A stretch of DNA of 64,000 bases. Source: Negaprion brevirostris (taxonomy: Eukaryota). Positions 1 to 12,319 of the stretch are shown in pieces. The stretch covers positions 85,454,379 to 85,518,378 of the forward strand of contig JARDVH010000073.1 in the NCBI GenBank assembly GCA_030324005.1, in the 5' to 3' direction. The notes beneath the pieces are model-generated. The model was not told the origin of the DNA and did not search any database. It saw only the letters and a list, made by a program, of their open reading frames with translations. How positions within the stretch are numbered: the stretch's first letter is position 1; every line of letters starts with the position of its first letter. The position numbers were made by a program, and so were the translations under genes.

Positions 1-39
1 AACGGCATTTAGCATATTTTATGTTACATCATATATTAT

Positions 40-715
40 ACAACAATAATCTCTCCCTCAATGTCAGTAAAATGAAGGAAGTGTAATGGAGGACATGCCC
101 CTGTCTATGTCAATGGGGATAAAAAGAAAATGGTCAAGAGTTTCAAGTTTCTAGGTGTCCAGATCAACAACAACCTGTCCTGGTCACTCCATGCCAACGC
201 TATAGTTAAGGAAGCCAACCAATGCCTCTACTTTCCCAGGAGGCTAAGAAAAAAAAATCAGCACGCCCGTTATGACTCTCACCAACTTTTACAGATGCAC
301 AATGGAAAACATTCTTTCTGGTTGCATCACAGCTTGGCATGGCTCCTGCTCTGCCCAAGACCGCAAGGAACTGCAAAGGGTCGTGAATGTAGCCCAGTCC
401 ATTACACAAACCAGCCTCCCATCCAATGATTCCATCTACACTTCCTACTGCCTCAGAAAAGCAGCCAGCATAATCAAGAACCCTATACACCTCGGATATA
501 CTCTCTTCCATCTTCTGCCATTGGGAAAAAGATACAAAAATCTGAGTACACTCACCTACTGACTTAAGAACAGTGTCTTCCCTGCTGCCATCACACCTTT
601 GAATGGACCTACCTGATTGTAAGTTGATCTTTCTCTACACCCTAGCTATGACTGTAACACTACATTCACCGCTCTTCTTTCCTTCTCCCCAATGTACTCT
701 ATGAATGTTATGACA
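40..715 (+). mobile_element. Rex1/Babar-type LINE, 3' part (RT C-terminus and 3' UTR), degenerate
   Basis: Frameshifted ORFs 130-429 and 272-562 give KSFKFLGVQINNNLSWSLH..QCLYFPRRLRK and LTNFYRCTMENILSGCITAWHGSC..DRKELQRVV, typical Rex1/Babar motifs. Confidence 0.85.
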
Positions 716-719
716 CAAT

Positions 720-1075
720 GGGGGAGATTCTCCCAAAAAATGAAGTACCCAATGGGTGCAAAAATGGGAGATTTTGCCACCTGCTTTTTGCTCCAGAGTG
801 CCGCAGGGGATTCAGGCCAGTAAGTGAGGGGCAGGACCTCATCCCGCTGGAGAGGCTGGTAACATAGTCAATTTGCGTGCCCCGATCCGTTAGTGAGGAG
901 ATTGACGCATGCGCACTGGCTCTCTCCTTCGCCGGCTTCCCAATGGCTTCCCAGGCTGCGACCCCACCCCCCGCAATCACCGGCCTACACTCCCCACCCC
1001 ACCCACACTCCTCCTTGATACAGCTTTAATCGCCACTGGTGACGACCCCTCCCAGTGGGGGGATTGGGGGGTGGA
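720..1075. mobile_element. PIF/Harbinger-derived element end, inserted in the Rex1 3' UTR
   Basis: Begins ggggagattctcccaaaaaa, resembling the reverse complement of the terminus at ~46615-46636; GC-rich; runs into an N gap. Confidence 0.55.
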
Positions 1076-1344
1076 NNNNNNNNNNNNNNNNNNNNNNNNN
1101 NNNNNNNNNNNNNNNNNNNNNNNNNNNNNNNNNNNNNNNNNNNNNNNNNNNNNNNNNNNNNNNNNNNNNNNNNNNCAAGCCTGGAGGATACCATCCCAGA
1201 CTCCAGATTTCAATATGGTAATCAGTCTCGCACAGATTTCCGGTGTGAGGCTGATTACGTTGAAAGAAAGGACCTGGGTGGTTTGCGATCAGTGTCCTGC
1301 TACAATGATGTCTCCCAGCCCACTCCGCTGCTTGTGTAACCCCC

Positions 1345-1398
1345 AGGATTCTTCACTGTATACCAATACATGTGACAATCAATCAAGTCAAATCAAAC
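1345..1398 (+). mobile_element. Rex1/Babar 3' tail (resumes after the insertion)
   Basis: ttcactgtataccaatacatgtgacaatcaatcaagtcaaatcaa matches the tail at 38270-38312. Confidence 0.65.
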
Positions 1399-2416
1399 TT
1401 TTAAATTTTAATCATTTCCAAGCCTCAGGACAATAGTGAAGTGACAAAATAATTTTGTCTCGGTTTGTCTTGGCACTTGATCAGCATTGAGGTCATGATG
1501 AGGAATGTCCTGCACCAAGTATTTCTAAACGGTCTCCCTCCCTGCTGATACCTGTCCAGATCTTCTTATACAAACCTTGCCTGTTCATAGTCCATCCATG
1601 ACTGTAACATTGCCACCAACAGTCTCACTTGCCCAATCATGGAGCTATCGACTCTTTCTTCAATTAGCTGCTGCTGTGAGATATTCACCACTCAGAATAT
1701 ACAAAAAAAACTTACATATTAACAATCCTTCCCTTAGGCTCTTGAAAACTGGTAACGTGTTAACTTTTGGATGTTAAAGCACCATGCTAAACGGGTTGCC
1801 ATTTTAAATGCTCTGGTACTAAAGAATCCAGAGGTAAATAACTATATTAATTAAATTGTTGTAGTTTTGTTCCCATTCACCATTGTGAAATTCACTTATC
1901 TTTGCAACCGTTTTGAACGAATATTGTGCCAAGATAGAAACCTCCATCCAATAGCTCTGAACTGATTAGAGAAAAATAAGTCCACTTCTTGTATCAGAAT
2001 GAACAAGACAACAGCACATCATCTGCTGTCTCCATCTAATGACAATTCCAACAATATATTAATGATTCAGACACAAAGCGCTTTGGGATATTCTAAACCA
2101 TCAAAGGTGCTAAATAACTGGAAGTTCTTTCTTAATAAAAGATGCTGCCCATTATGTTTGAAGTATATCACAGAAAATCCCTGGGAAATTGCTCAGTGAG
2201 GAATCTTCCACATACTGATTGACATGGTGAACAAAACGCAGCTCTAATACGCATCACAGAATTCACTTGTTTCAAATATGATAAACAGCATCATGACCTT
2301 CTAAAACCAAATGCTGTCAATAGTTTGTTCTGTTATCTGTCATTCCGACTTGATGCAGCACTGAACAGAACTCGAGTCTGCAAATTTTGAAGAAAAGGTC
2401 ACAGGCTGGAAACAAA

Positions 2417-2650
2417 GGCCGGAATTTACTGCCCCACCCGCCATGGGAACTGGAGCGGGTGGAGGGCGGGACATGGAAAGGTCCATTGACATTGCGTGGG
2501 ATTTTATGGTTTCGGGACAAACAAGGCCATAAAATTCTGCCCACTGGGTGGGATTGTGGGATTTTCCACACAATCTGCCCCAGCGTGTCTTGCAACAGCG
2601 GAGGCGACTGCCATTGGCCAACAGCAAAATTCCACCATCCAACTCACCAT
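2417..2650. mobile_element. Two adjacent Harbinger-type MITEs
   Basis: ggccggaattt...aaaattctgccc followed by gggtgggatt...; same TIR family as 11890, 18504, 58585 and 61256. Confidence 0.6.
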
Positions 2651-3422
2651 GNNNNNNNNNNNNNNNNNNNNNNNNNNNNNNNNNNNNNNNNNNNNNNNNN
2701 NNNNNNNNNNNNNNNNNNNNNNNNNNNNNNNNNNNNNNNNNNNNNNNNNNNNNNNNNNNNNNNNNNNNNNNNNNNNNNNNNNNNNNNNNNNNNNNNNNNN
2801 NNNNNNNNNNNNNNNNNNNNNNNNNNNNNNNNNNNNNNNNNNNNNNNNNNNNNNNNNNNNNNNNNNNNNNNNNNNNNNNNNNNNNNNNNNNNNNNNNNNN
2901 NNNNNNNNNNNNNNNNNNNNNNNNNNNNNNNNNNNNNNNNNNNNNNNNNNNNNNNNNNNNNNNNNNNNNNNNNNNNNNNNNNNNNNNNNNNNNNNNNNNN
3001 NNNNNNNNNNNNNNNNNNNNNNNNNNNNNNNNNNNNNNNNNNNNNNNNNNNNNNNNNNNNNNNNNNNNNNNNNNNNNNNNNNNNNNNNNNNNNNNNNNNN
3101 NNNNNNNNNNNNNNNNNNNNNNNNNNNNNNNNNNNNNNNNNNNNNNNNNNNNNNNNNNNNNNNNNNNNNNNNNNNNNNNNNNNNNNNNNNNNNNNNNNNN
3201 NNNNNNNNNNNNNNNNNNNNNNNNNNNNNNNNNNNNNNNNNNNNNNNNNNNNNNNNNNNNNNNNNNNNNNNNNNNNNNNNNNNNNNNNNNNNNNNNNNNN
3301 NNNNNNNNNNNNNNNNNNNNNNNNNNNNNNNNNNNNNNNNNNNNNNNNNNNNNNNNNNNNNNNNNNNNNNNNNNNNNNNNNNNNNNNNNNNNNNNNNNNN
3401 NNNNNNNNNNNNNNNNNNNNNN

Positions 3423-4450
3423 AGCTCGACTCACTGATCGAGATTTCCGATGCACCACAGCCAAAAACCACACCAACCTCATCAGAAGACAAACACGGGA
3501 CACAGTGGACAGAGTACCCTTCGTCATCCAATACTTCCCCGGAGCAGAGAGGCTATGACATCTTCTCCGGAGCCTTCAACATGTCATTAATGAGGACAAA
3601 CATTTAGCCAAGGCCATCCCCACACCCCTACTTCTTGCCTTCAAACAACTGCACAACCTCAGCAAACTACCCAGCCTTCAGGAAAACAGTGACCATGATA
3701 CCACACAACCCTGCAACAGCAACCTCTGCAAGACATGCTGGATCATTGACACAGATGCCATCATCTCACGTGAGAACACCATCCACCAGGTACACAGCAC
3801 ATACTCTTGCAACTCGGCCAACATTGTCTACCTGATATGCTGCAGGAAAGGATGTCTCGAGGCATGGTACATTGGGGAGACCACAAAGACACTATGACAA
3901 CGGATGAATGAACACTGATTGACAATCACCAGGCAAGACTGTTCTCTTCCTGTTGGCGAACACTTCGGCGGTCACAGGCATTCGGCCTCTGATCTTAGGG
4001 TAAGCGTTCTCCAAGGTGGCTTCACGACACACAACAGCGCAGAAGCACTGAGCAGAAACTGATTGCTAAGTTCCACACACATGAGGATAGCCTCAACTGG
4101 GATCTTGGGTTTATGTCACACTACTTGTACCCCCATGACTTGCCTGGGCTTATAAAATCTCACTTACAGTCCTGTCTGGAGACAGTACACATCTCTTTAT
4201 ACTATGCTTAATGCTATCTCCACTCACATTGTCTGCACCTTTAAGACTTGATTAGCTGTAAAGACTCGCATTCTAATCAGTATTCTGTAAACTGTGTGTG
4301 TTTTTATATGCCCTGTTTGTGATCAGAACTCCCCACTCACCTGACGAAGGGGCAGAGCCCCAAAAGCTAGTGGCTTTTGCTACCAGATAATCCTGTTGGA
4401 CTTTAACCTGGTGTTTACCCCAATCCAGCGCTGGCATCTCCACATCATGA
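3423..4450 (+). mobile_element. Penelope-like retroelement: GIY-YIG endonuclease region and terminal repeat
   Basis: Decayed frame TDRVPFVIQYFPG...LCKTC...YSCNSANIVYLICCRKGCLEAWYIGET..QRMNEH..PVGEHF (CCHH plus VY..YIG). Ends with a hammerhead-like terminus ctgacgaaggggcagagccccaaaagctagtg. Confidence 0.9.
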
Positions 4451-5494
4451 CTGCCATCAACACCCAGAAGAGCAGCCAGAGAGTCACTTTCACACTAACA
4501 AGGTCAACTAATTATCTAGTACTGGATACTTATCTTGTAGTGATTGATTTAAGAAGTCAGCTCACCATCATCTTGCCCAGGGAAATTAAGGAGGGGCAAT
4601 AAATGTTGGCTTTTCCAGCACCACCCATATCTGGTAGATGAAAATAGTGGACACTTTTACTCCCATGTACTTCCACATCTGTAATAGATAACAGATTTTT
4701 TTTTGCCATGCAGGCCCCAAGATTACGTTGGCACAGAATGTTGCTCTGATAAAGCGGTGACTATAGATTCCCATGTGCAGTTACCCAGTATTAAATAGGA
4801 AGAGGCATAACTGCCCACATGGAAAGAAGTGATAGAAAGTTGTCAAATGAGCCACCTGGGACAATTTCATTCCAGTCCTGACTATGAGTACCAGTGGTAA
4901 ATGGCTGGAATTATACCATTTGCATATCTTTTCAACCAGTGTGTGGTGTGGGGAATAGGCAGCAGAAAAAAAAACACACTTTTAAGCTTTAATTCGGCTT
5001 TGGGAGACATGAGGCTACATTGAAGCACTTTGTTAGCTGGTACTGTCAGAATGTGGTAGCAGTCTATTGTGCTTTCACTAACTTTCAATGACATAAGGAC
5101 ACTGAATAGCCATGAACAGCACAAGTTCAAGTACTTCCACGCTTCCCTTTGCTCTGTGGAACTCTTATTTATTTGTACTGGAATAATGGCAACTTGAATG
5201 CACACTTCTATAAGGGCCAGACTAACCTTCCCACTGAAGAACTAGTCATTCTTTGCGGGGTCAATGCACAGAATGAGCTGTTAAATTAGGTAGGGCTTAC
5301 AGCGTAGCAAATCTCACATCTCAATCTAACAGGGAGTAACAAATTCCTCACAGGAACTATCAAAAAGAAACTATTTACACATCAACTTAAAAGATTATTT
5401 TTGGAGGGTGTCTGTGTTCAAGTGTGCAATAAATATGATTATATTGCAATAAATCAGTTTAACCTTTATACATTCAATTGACCCAATTTTGTGG

Positions 5495-5675
5495 GGCGTG
5501 GGTGTCACTGGAAAGGCCCACATTTGTCACCCATCCCTTAAACTGAGTAGCTTACTAGACCATTTCGGAAGGCAGTTACAAGTCAACCACATTGATGTGT
5601 TTCTGTAGTCACATGCAGGCCAGACCAGGTTAGGGCTGACAGATTTCCTTCCCTCAAGAGCATTAGTGAACCAGG
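5495..5675 (-). mobile_element. tRNA-SINE family B, 3' fragment
   Basis: Reverse complement of the core and tail of the copies at 6490, 8030 and 10856. Confidence 0.65.
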
Positions 5676-5689
5676 TGGGATAGAGGAGA

Positions 5690-6488
5690 CATTTGGATAA
5701 GTGTGAGGTTATTCACTTTGGAAGCAAAAGCAAAAAGGCAGATTACTACCTGAATGGCTGTAAATTGGGAAAGGGGAATGTGGAGTGAGTGTCCTTGTGC
5801 ACCAGTCCCTGAAGGTAAGTATAAAGGTGCAGCAGGCGGTAAAGAAGGCAAGTGGCATGTTGGCCTTCACTGCGAGAGTTTCGAGTACAGGAGCAGGGAT
5901 GTGCTGTTACAACTATACAGGGCCTTGGTGAGGCCACACCTAGAGTATTGTGTGCAGTCTTTGTCTCCTTTTCTGAGGAAAGATGTTCTTGCTCTCAAGG
6001 GAGTGCAGCAAAGGTTTACTAGGCTGATTCTAGGGATGGCAGGGCTGATGTACAAGGAGAGATTGACTGGGTTAGGATTGTTTTCGCTGGAGTCCAGATG
6101 AATGAGAGAGGACCTCACAGAAGCTTATAAAATTCTAACAGGTCTAGACAGGATAGATGTAGGGAGGATGTTCCCAATGGTGGGGGAGTCCAGGGGTCAC
6201 AGTCTGAGGATTCAGGGTTGACCATTTAGGACAGAAGTAAGGAGTCACTTCTTCACCAAAAAAGTGGTGAGCCTGTGGAATTCATTACCACTGGAACTTG
6301 TTGATGCCAAAACATTGAATGCATTCAAGAGGCAGCTGGATGTAGCACTTGGGGTGAATGAGATCAAAGTTATGGGGAAAAACAGGATTAGGCTATTGAG
6401 TTGGACAATTAGCCATAATCGTGATGACTGGCGGAACAGGCTCAAAAGGCCAAATAGCCTCCTCCTGCTCTTATCTTCTGCTTTTATG
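5690..6488 (+). mobile_element. CR1 (HER1-like) LINE 3' fragment
   Basis: FEYRSRDVLLQLYRALVRPHLEYCVQ..LKGVQQRFTRLI..LGLFSLE; HFFTKKVVSLWNSLP; 3' UTR follows. Confidence 0.92.
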
Positions 6489-6489
6489 T

Positions 6490-6777
6490 TCAAATCCTGC
6501 CGTGGCAGATGATGGAATTTGAATTCAATAAAAAAAATCTGGAATCAAAAATCAAAATCGATGACCGTGAAACCATTGTCGATTGTCGGAAAAACAATCT
6601 GGTTCACTAATGTCCTTTAGGAAATCTGCCGTCCTTACCCGGTCTGGTCTACATGTGACTCCGGAGCCACAGCAATGTGGTTGACTCTCAACTGCCCTCC
6701 AAGGGCAACTAGGGATGAGCAATAAATACTGGCCCAGCCAGCGACGCCCATGTCCCATGAATCAATAAAAAAAAATG
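6490..6777 (+). mobile_element. tRNA-SINE family B (5'-truncated)
   Basis: gttcaaatcc B-box remnant, ggcagatgatggaatttgaattcaataaaa core, tail ...cccatgaatcaataaaaaa shared with the CR1-like LINE end at ~28260. Ends about 30 bp from the FAH exon donor. Confidence 0.85.
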
Positions 6778-6805
6778 CCAAGTAGCGTTGTCACTGCCAA
6801 TTTAC

Positions 6806-6936
6806 CTGTACAGGATTGGCCACAATGAATGGCTGTAACGCTTCCATCGATACGACCCAAGGTGAAATGGTCGTTCCAAAACTCTTCCCCAGGAATGGTC
6901 CCAGTGGAACATATTCCCATTTCTGAATATCTCGAG
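6806..6936 (-). CDS. FAH: Fumarylacetoacetase (FAH) coding exon, equivalent to human exon 9
   Basis: Minus strand reads ctgacacctgtttggtgttttgcag|CT CGA GAT ATT CAG AAA TGG...CCT GTA CAG|gtaaat. It translates (A)[43 protein letters not shown], near-identical to vertebrate [32 protein letters not shown]. Length 131 nt, phase 1 start and phase 0 end, as for human exon 9. Confidence 0.97.
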
Positions 6937-7169
6937 CTGCAAAACACCAAACAGGTGTCAGTGTGAAAACAGCTTGACAATGCTTATCTCAATGGAAAAT
7001 CCATCCAGAGTTAATCACAAACATCATCACACACCAGGCTTCCTCCTGTTGGAGAATTTAAGCTACAGCATTGAAACCATTCACATAGTGAAACTGGAAC
7101 ATTCCTCACAGTCTCCATTATCAGTTAAGGCAGGAGTCTGACGGCTAAAATGGGAAAGCATTGGCCCAG

Positions 7170-7478
7170 TTTTTAAAGTTAAAGTTTATTTATTAGTGTC
7201 ACAACTAGTCTTACATTAACACTGCAATGAAGTTATTGTGAAAAATCCCCTAGTGGCCATACTCAGGCACCTGTTCGGGTACACTGAGGGAGAATTTAGC
7301 ATGGCCAATACATCCAGCACATCTTTTGGACTGTGGGAGGAAACCAGAGCATTCAGAGGAAACCCACGCAGACACGGGGAGAATGTGTAGATTCTGCACA
7401 GACAGTGACCCGAGCCAGGAATTAAACCCGGGACCCTAGCACTGAGAGGAAGCAGTGTTAACCGCTGTCCCATTGCCA
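7170..7478 (-). mobile_element. HE1/V-SINE, alternative-tail subfamily
   Basis: tRNA head and V-domain (gtctgcgtgggtttcctc..cccacagtccaaaaga); tail cacaataacttcattgcagtgttaatgtaag..aataaactttaa. Confidence 0.85.
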
Positions 7479-7494
7479 GTTAAATAAGGGATAA

Positions 7495-7655
7495 AGGCAA
7501 AATACCATGGATGCTGGAATGTGAAACAAAAACAGAAAATACTGGAAAAACTCAGCAGGTCTAACAGCAGCTGTGGAGGGAGAATAGAAATGTTGGCCCA
7601 ATTCTCTCTTCAGAGATGCCGTCAGACCCGCTGAGATTTTCCAGCATTTTCTGTA
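7495..7655. repeat. Inverted (fold-back) pair of Penelope-like termini
   Basis: acagaaaatactggaaaaactcagcaggtctaacagc...gtcagacccgctgagattttccagcattttctgt form complementary arms. Confidence 0.75.
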
Positions 7656-7699
7656 GAAGGGTTAATGTCAGCCAGAGATATATTGAATGTGACAGAGGC

Positions 7700-8620
7700 T
7701 GAAAAGTGGCCAATATTGCACCCATTTCCAGGAAGGGACAGATTTAATCCAGGTAATTATTCGGTCAATTATCTCAGAATCTGTCACACAGAAACTTTAG
7801 TCTCTTGTGGAGGAGGAGATTTCTCCAGTTTAATGAGAAAATAGTCAGAGAAGGTCAGGATCCGTTTCAAAAAGGGAGAATCATACTTGACAAATCTCAT
7901 GGGATTGTAGAATCATTGAGGGGATAACACACAAGCCAAATGGGGGGAATATAGTGGATGTGTCTGTCCATGCACATTGACAAAGTATCACAAAGGAGGT
8001 TACTCGAGAAGATTAAGGTGCAAGGAGGTGACAGCCTAGGGGTATTATTGCTACACTCAGCTAATGTTCCGGGACCCGGGTTCGAATCCCATCATGGCAG
8101 ATGATAGAATAAAAAAATTATCTGGAATTAAGAGTTGACTGATGACTGTGAAATGATTGTCGGAAAAACCTATCTGGTTCGCCAATGTCCCTTTAGGAAA
8201 GGAAATCTGCCGCCCTTACCCGGTCTGGTCTACATGTGACTTCAGAGCCACAGCAATTTTCAACTGCACTTGGGCAACTGGGGATGGGCAATAAATGCTG
8301 GCCAGCCAGCGATGCCCAGCGATACCCACGGATGAATAATAAAAAATAATTAGCAGGAGGATGAAGTTAGAAGGGAAAATACAGTCGGAGTTAAGACCAG
8401 GTTTCCAATGTTACTGGGAGAGGATTGTGGTGTCCCAGTCCCACAGGATTCACTTCTGGGGTCACCCCTGTTCTCCAGTGCATGCTGGTGATTTGGAAAT
8501 AGGACCTGGGGGACTGGTTTACAATCATGCCAAAACAGGAGGGCCAAAAGATCCAAAGGAAGATGCAATGTGATATTAATGGGATGAGGAAATGGATTAA
8601 GATGGCGATGAGATTCACAT
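7700..8620 (+). mobile_element. Old CR1 RT fragment interrupted by a SINE
   Basis: Decayed NPGNY, KGRII/DKVSQRRLLEKIK and VVSQSHRIHFWG (PQG-region) remnants on both sides of 8030-8350. Confidence 0.55.
8030..8350 (+). mobile_element. tRNA-SINE family B
   Basis: B-box gggttcgaatccc, family core, gaataataaaaaa tail. Confidence 0.85.
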
Positions 8621-8898
8621 CACGGATCTTTTTTTTCCAAAAACGGAAGCAGTAATTATGTTCTGACAGCAGGAGCCGGGGAAATCCCTGGCACTCTCAA
8701 CCTGCCTTGGGAGAAAGTGCCCAGGAAGGAGTGGCCCCCATTGCTGGGGGAGGGGAGCAGTGACTGTGGGTGGAGGTGGGCATGGGGTGGTGGGGGGGNN
8801 NNNNNNNNNNNNNNNNNNNNNNNNNNNNNNNNNNNNNNNNNNNNNNNNNNNNNNNNNNNNNNNNNNNNNNNNNNNNNNNNNNNNNNNNNNNNNNNNNN

Positions 8899-9076
8899 TG
8901 CATTCAAGAGGCAGCTGGATGTAGCACTTGGGGCAAATGGGATGAAAGGTTATGGGGAAAAAGCAGGATTAGGCTATTGAGTTGGATGATCAGCCATGAT
9001 CTTAATGGATGGTACAGCAGGCTCGAAGGGCCAAATGGCCTCCTCCTACTTCTATCTTCTATGTTTCTATGGCTAT
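8899..9076 (+). mobile_element. CR1 3' end
   Basis: AFKRQLDVALG and 3' UTR nearly the same as 6320-6488. Confidence 0.85.
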
Positions 9077-9979
9077 GACATTTACTAATGGCAGTTTCAT
9101 AAGGTCCAGAAGCAAACTATGCACAAAAGCTCACAGTACCTGTCAGAGGAATTATTTGTCAGGAGCACAGTAACCTCAAGAATAGAACTAGGACAAGGCC
9201 AAGTTAAGTTCTCATATACTGATGCGAGTAGTAGTGACAAACAGTGCCCTGAATACCGCTTTTCCTCTTCAGGTCCTAAGCGAAGGCCGAACATGTAGAA
9301 ATTTACCTGAAGGACTCCTCCTCAAATAGCAAATAACTTACAATGTTCCTTATGATGTACAGGGCACAAGAACATATTACCTACATAGTCACTGAAGATT
9401 TCGCTCATTAGTCAAGGTTTGAAAAGAACACCACACATGTCCTGACACTGTTTGTGTCATTTCAAGGACAGTCCATCAGTAACTCTTCACACTGAATGAT
9501 GGATTTCAGTACTAGGGGCAAGCTGCACCTTTAGATATCATCACATTTAAAACTATTAAATGAATTCCTGCAAGCAGCTAAGAAAAGTCAGTGTTTCCAT
9601 TCCAGATAGCCCTCATGTAGCACACCCCATCTTCTGAAAAACTTTGTGCTAAATGAAAATAATTCTGCCAGAAGAAAACACATAAAAAGGTTGGCTAATG
9701 TTCCTCCCTGATCACTGTCCACCGTCTTCTTCTGTGCTCATTACAACCACATCAGGCATAGTAAGCACCATCTGAATATACACCTAAAGAATTCCGAAGC
9801 AACACAGCAGGAAGGAAACTTTCAGAAGTCTTCCCCTAAGGGCCTCTTAAAGGATCAGAGGCAGTTCTGGCTGCAGCAGGTGGTTTGTATCTGATCTGCA
9901 ATCATTTGAGTAGGGGAACCAAGGCTAATATCTGGCTGCTGCAGGGCTCACACTGGGACATGGGCCTGACCCACAGCAA

Positions 9980-10192
9980 CCTTGATTACTTGTAAAGATT
10001 TGCATTCCAACCATTATCTTGCAATTCAGTCTATGTCTATATATGCCCAGTTTGCAAACCCAACTCTCCACTCACCAGATGAAGGAGCTGTGCTCCGAAA
10101 GCCTGTGATACCAAATAAACCTGTTGGACTTTAACCTGGTGTTGTGAGACTTCCTACTGTGCCTATTCCAGTCCAATGCTGGTATCTCCAAC
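9980..10192 (+). mobile_element. Penelope-like terminal repeat with hammerhead relic
   Basis: Homologous to 4245-4445: ctcaccagatgaaggagctgtgctccgaaagc..aataaacctgttggactttaacctggtgtt. Confidence 0.8.
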
Positions 10193-10429
10193 CCATAATA
10201 CATTAGAGCATTGAAAATGCACTCAGTGACAAAATACACTGTGGATAGGACATTAGAATTGCACACATCGAAAGCATCTGATGCACTACAAACAAATGAA
10301 GAAATCACTGTCGGGAACCAGATGTTTCATCATACCAGCTCAACAGGGCAGCTTCAGGCAACATCTGTGAAGAGGCAAACAAAGTTTCAAGTTAATCTTT
10401 ACTCAGAACTACATTCAGCAACACAAAGG

Positions 10430-10560
10430 GACAGTTCTGATGAGAGGTCTTGCACCTGAAGCACCAATTCTGGATCTCACTCCATCCAATGCTGATAGAT
10501 CTGATGAGCTTCCCATCATTTTCTGTCTTGCTTTAGGTCTCCAGCATCTACAGTATTTTT
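10430..10560 (+). mobile_element. Second Penelope-like terminus family (ctgatga..ccagcatc..cagta)
   Basis: Same family as 34520, 53960 and the fold-back arms. Confidence 0.6.
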
Positions 10561-10855
10561 GATTTTCAGAACCAAACATTGATTCAATGGATTAAAAGTA
10601 AAATATTTCAAAGCAGCAATAATTTTTCTGACATTGAGGTTATATTGTTGTAAGAATGCCAGAAGAAATAAAGATTAAAATAAGAGTGATTCTCTTCCCC
10701 ACTCGTTATGCTTTTCTCACTGATTCCAGTTCTAGTCGGTATGAGGTTGGATTGAAATGTTATTAATTTGCAGTGAACCTTTAATTTTGGTTCAAACTGT
10801 TATCTATTTCTTTCTATAACATAACATCTTGTTCATGGAATCACCAGTTTATGAT

Positions 10856-11210
10856 GGGTGGCAATGGCCTCGTGGTATCATTGCTAGACTATTAATCCAG
10901 AAACTCAACTAATGTTCTGGGAACCCGGGTTCGAATCCCACCTCGGCAGATGGTGGAATTTGAATTCTATTAAAAAATATCTGGAATTAAGAATCTAAAG
11001 ATGACCGTGAAGCCATTGTTGTCAGAAAAACCCATCTGGTTCATTCATGTCCTTTAGGGAAGGAAATCTGTGTCCTTGCCTAGTCTGGTTTACATGTGAT
11101 TCCACAACCACAGTTATGTGGTTAACTCGCAACTACTCTTGGGCAACCAGGGATGGGCAATAAATGCTGGCCAGCCAGTGACGCTTTTGTCCCACGAATG
11201 AATAAAAATC
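10856..11210 (+). mobile_element. tRNA-SINE family B, near full length
   Basis: A-box tggcctcgtggt, B-box gggttcgaatccc, core, tail cccacgaatgaataaaaa. Confidence 0.9.
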
Positions 11211-11889
11211 ACACAAGTCAAGATTTTACTGACTTTGAAGAAGATTAGAATTGGCTTTCCAAACAGAAATTCAGTGTGATAGCACCAGAATCCCAACGTA
11301 ATTATATATTTACGCCAGTGCAATGGAATTGCATCATGTTCAGAGTTTAAAGTGAAACAATATTTCTGCAATTTTTGATTAGGGAATTTTTTCCAACAAC
11401 AGTTGCACATTTGAACCTTACTGAAGGCATAACAGTTCAATACAGGAATTTATGGATGTTTGTTCTGAGCAGAATTCCTGGGATGTTACTAATGACAGGA
11501 ATGTCTGCTGGGATTTGCTATCTATTGGGCATTAATAGATCTGTTCATTCTCATTTGCAACGATGAAAAGGGAGTTGCAAAACAGCAAGTCACACCAATA
11601 TCACGGCCTTTCCAGGGAGGAGCAATGTGTGGTACAGTGATTAATGAAGGCACTGGTTGAATTTGAGAAGAAACTGAAGCACATTCACAAACACTCACAT
11701 CACTGTGCACTGGGGCTCCCAACAGGGAAAACGTTCATTATCGGGCTCCCTGTCGTGCGCAGAAGACATGTGCAGAAGTGAATTTAATCCCTCAGCATCA
11801 TCATAATGTAGTCTTTCTATTTTATGACTATACAAACTGGAGACACATATTGAAATTCACTCAATGTATTTTTCTAATTTTGATTTTAT

Positions 11890-11985
11890 GGGGAGATTTT
11901 TCCTGTTCCACCCGCCACGAGAATCCCTTGACCTTGGGCAAGATTTTCTGGTTTTGGGGCAAGCGTGGCTGGAAAATCCTGCCCC
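11890..11985. mobile_element. Harbinger-type MITE
   Basis: TIRs ggggagatttttcc / ggaaaatcctgcccc. Confidence 0.7.
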
Positions 11986-12319
11986 ATATGTTGTACAAAA
12001 ATGAGCCATATATATGTCATATATAAATAAATGTAGGCACATACATATATTTTAATTTTTATACATTACTCATGCTACTTATGATGCATCTCTTTGTTGA
12101 AATGTGCATCATCCCTTGTTCAAAGGCACTCAGTGCCTAATCAAGGGAACTTGCACCAGGAAATTTGCATTGCTGATGGCCAACCAACTGCCTTTTCTTC
12201 TGATCCCGTAGTAATCCTCCCTCTGGCATCGCTAGCCAACAACCCCATCCCAGCCTCAATCATCTGTGGCCGGGTCCTCCATTGATCCTGGACTTCTGGT
12301 ACAGCGTGAGGTTAGGATC

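Noticed and set aside
2340-3607. Long ORFs (295-406 aa) in the ORF track
   Set aside because: They are read-through of N gaps (X runs), not real ORFs; the same applies to all X-containing ORFs.
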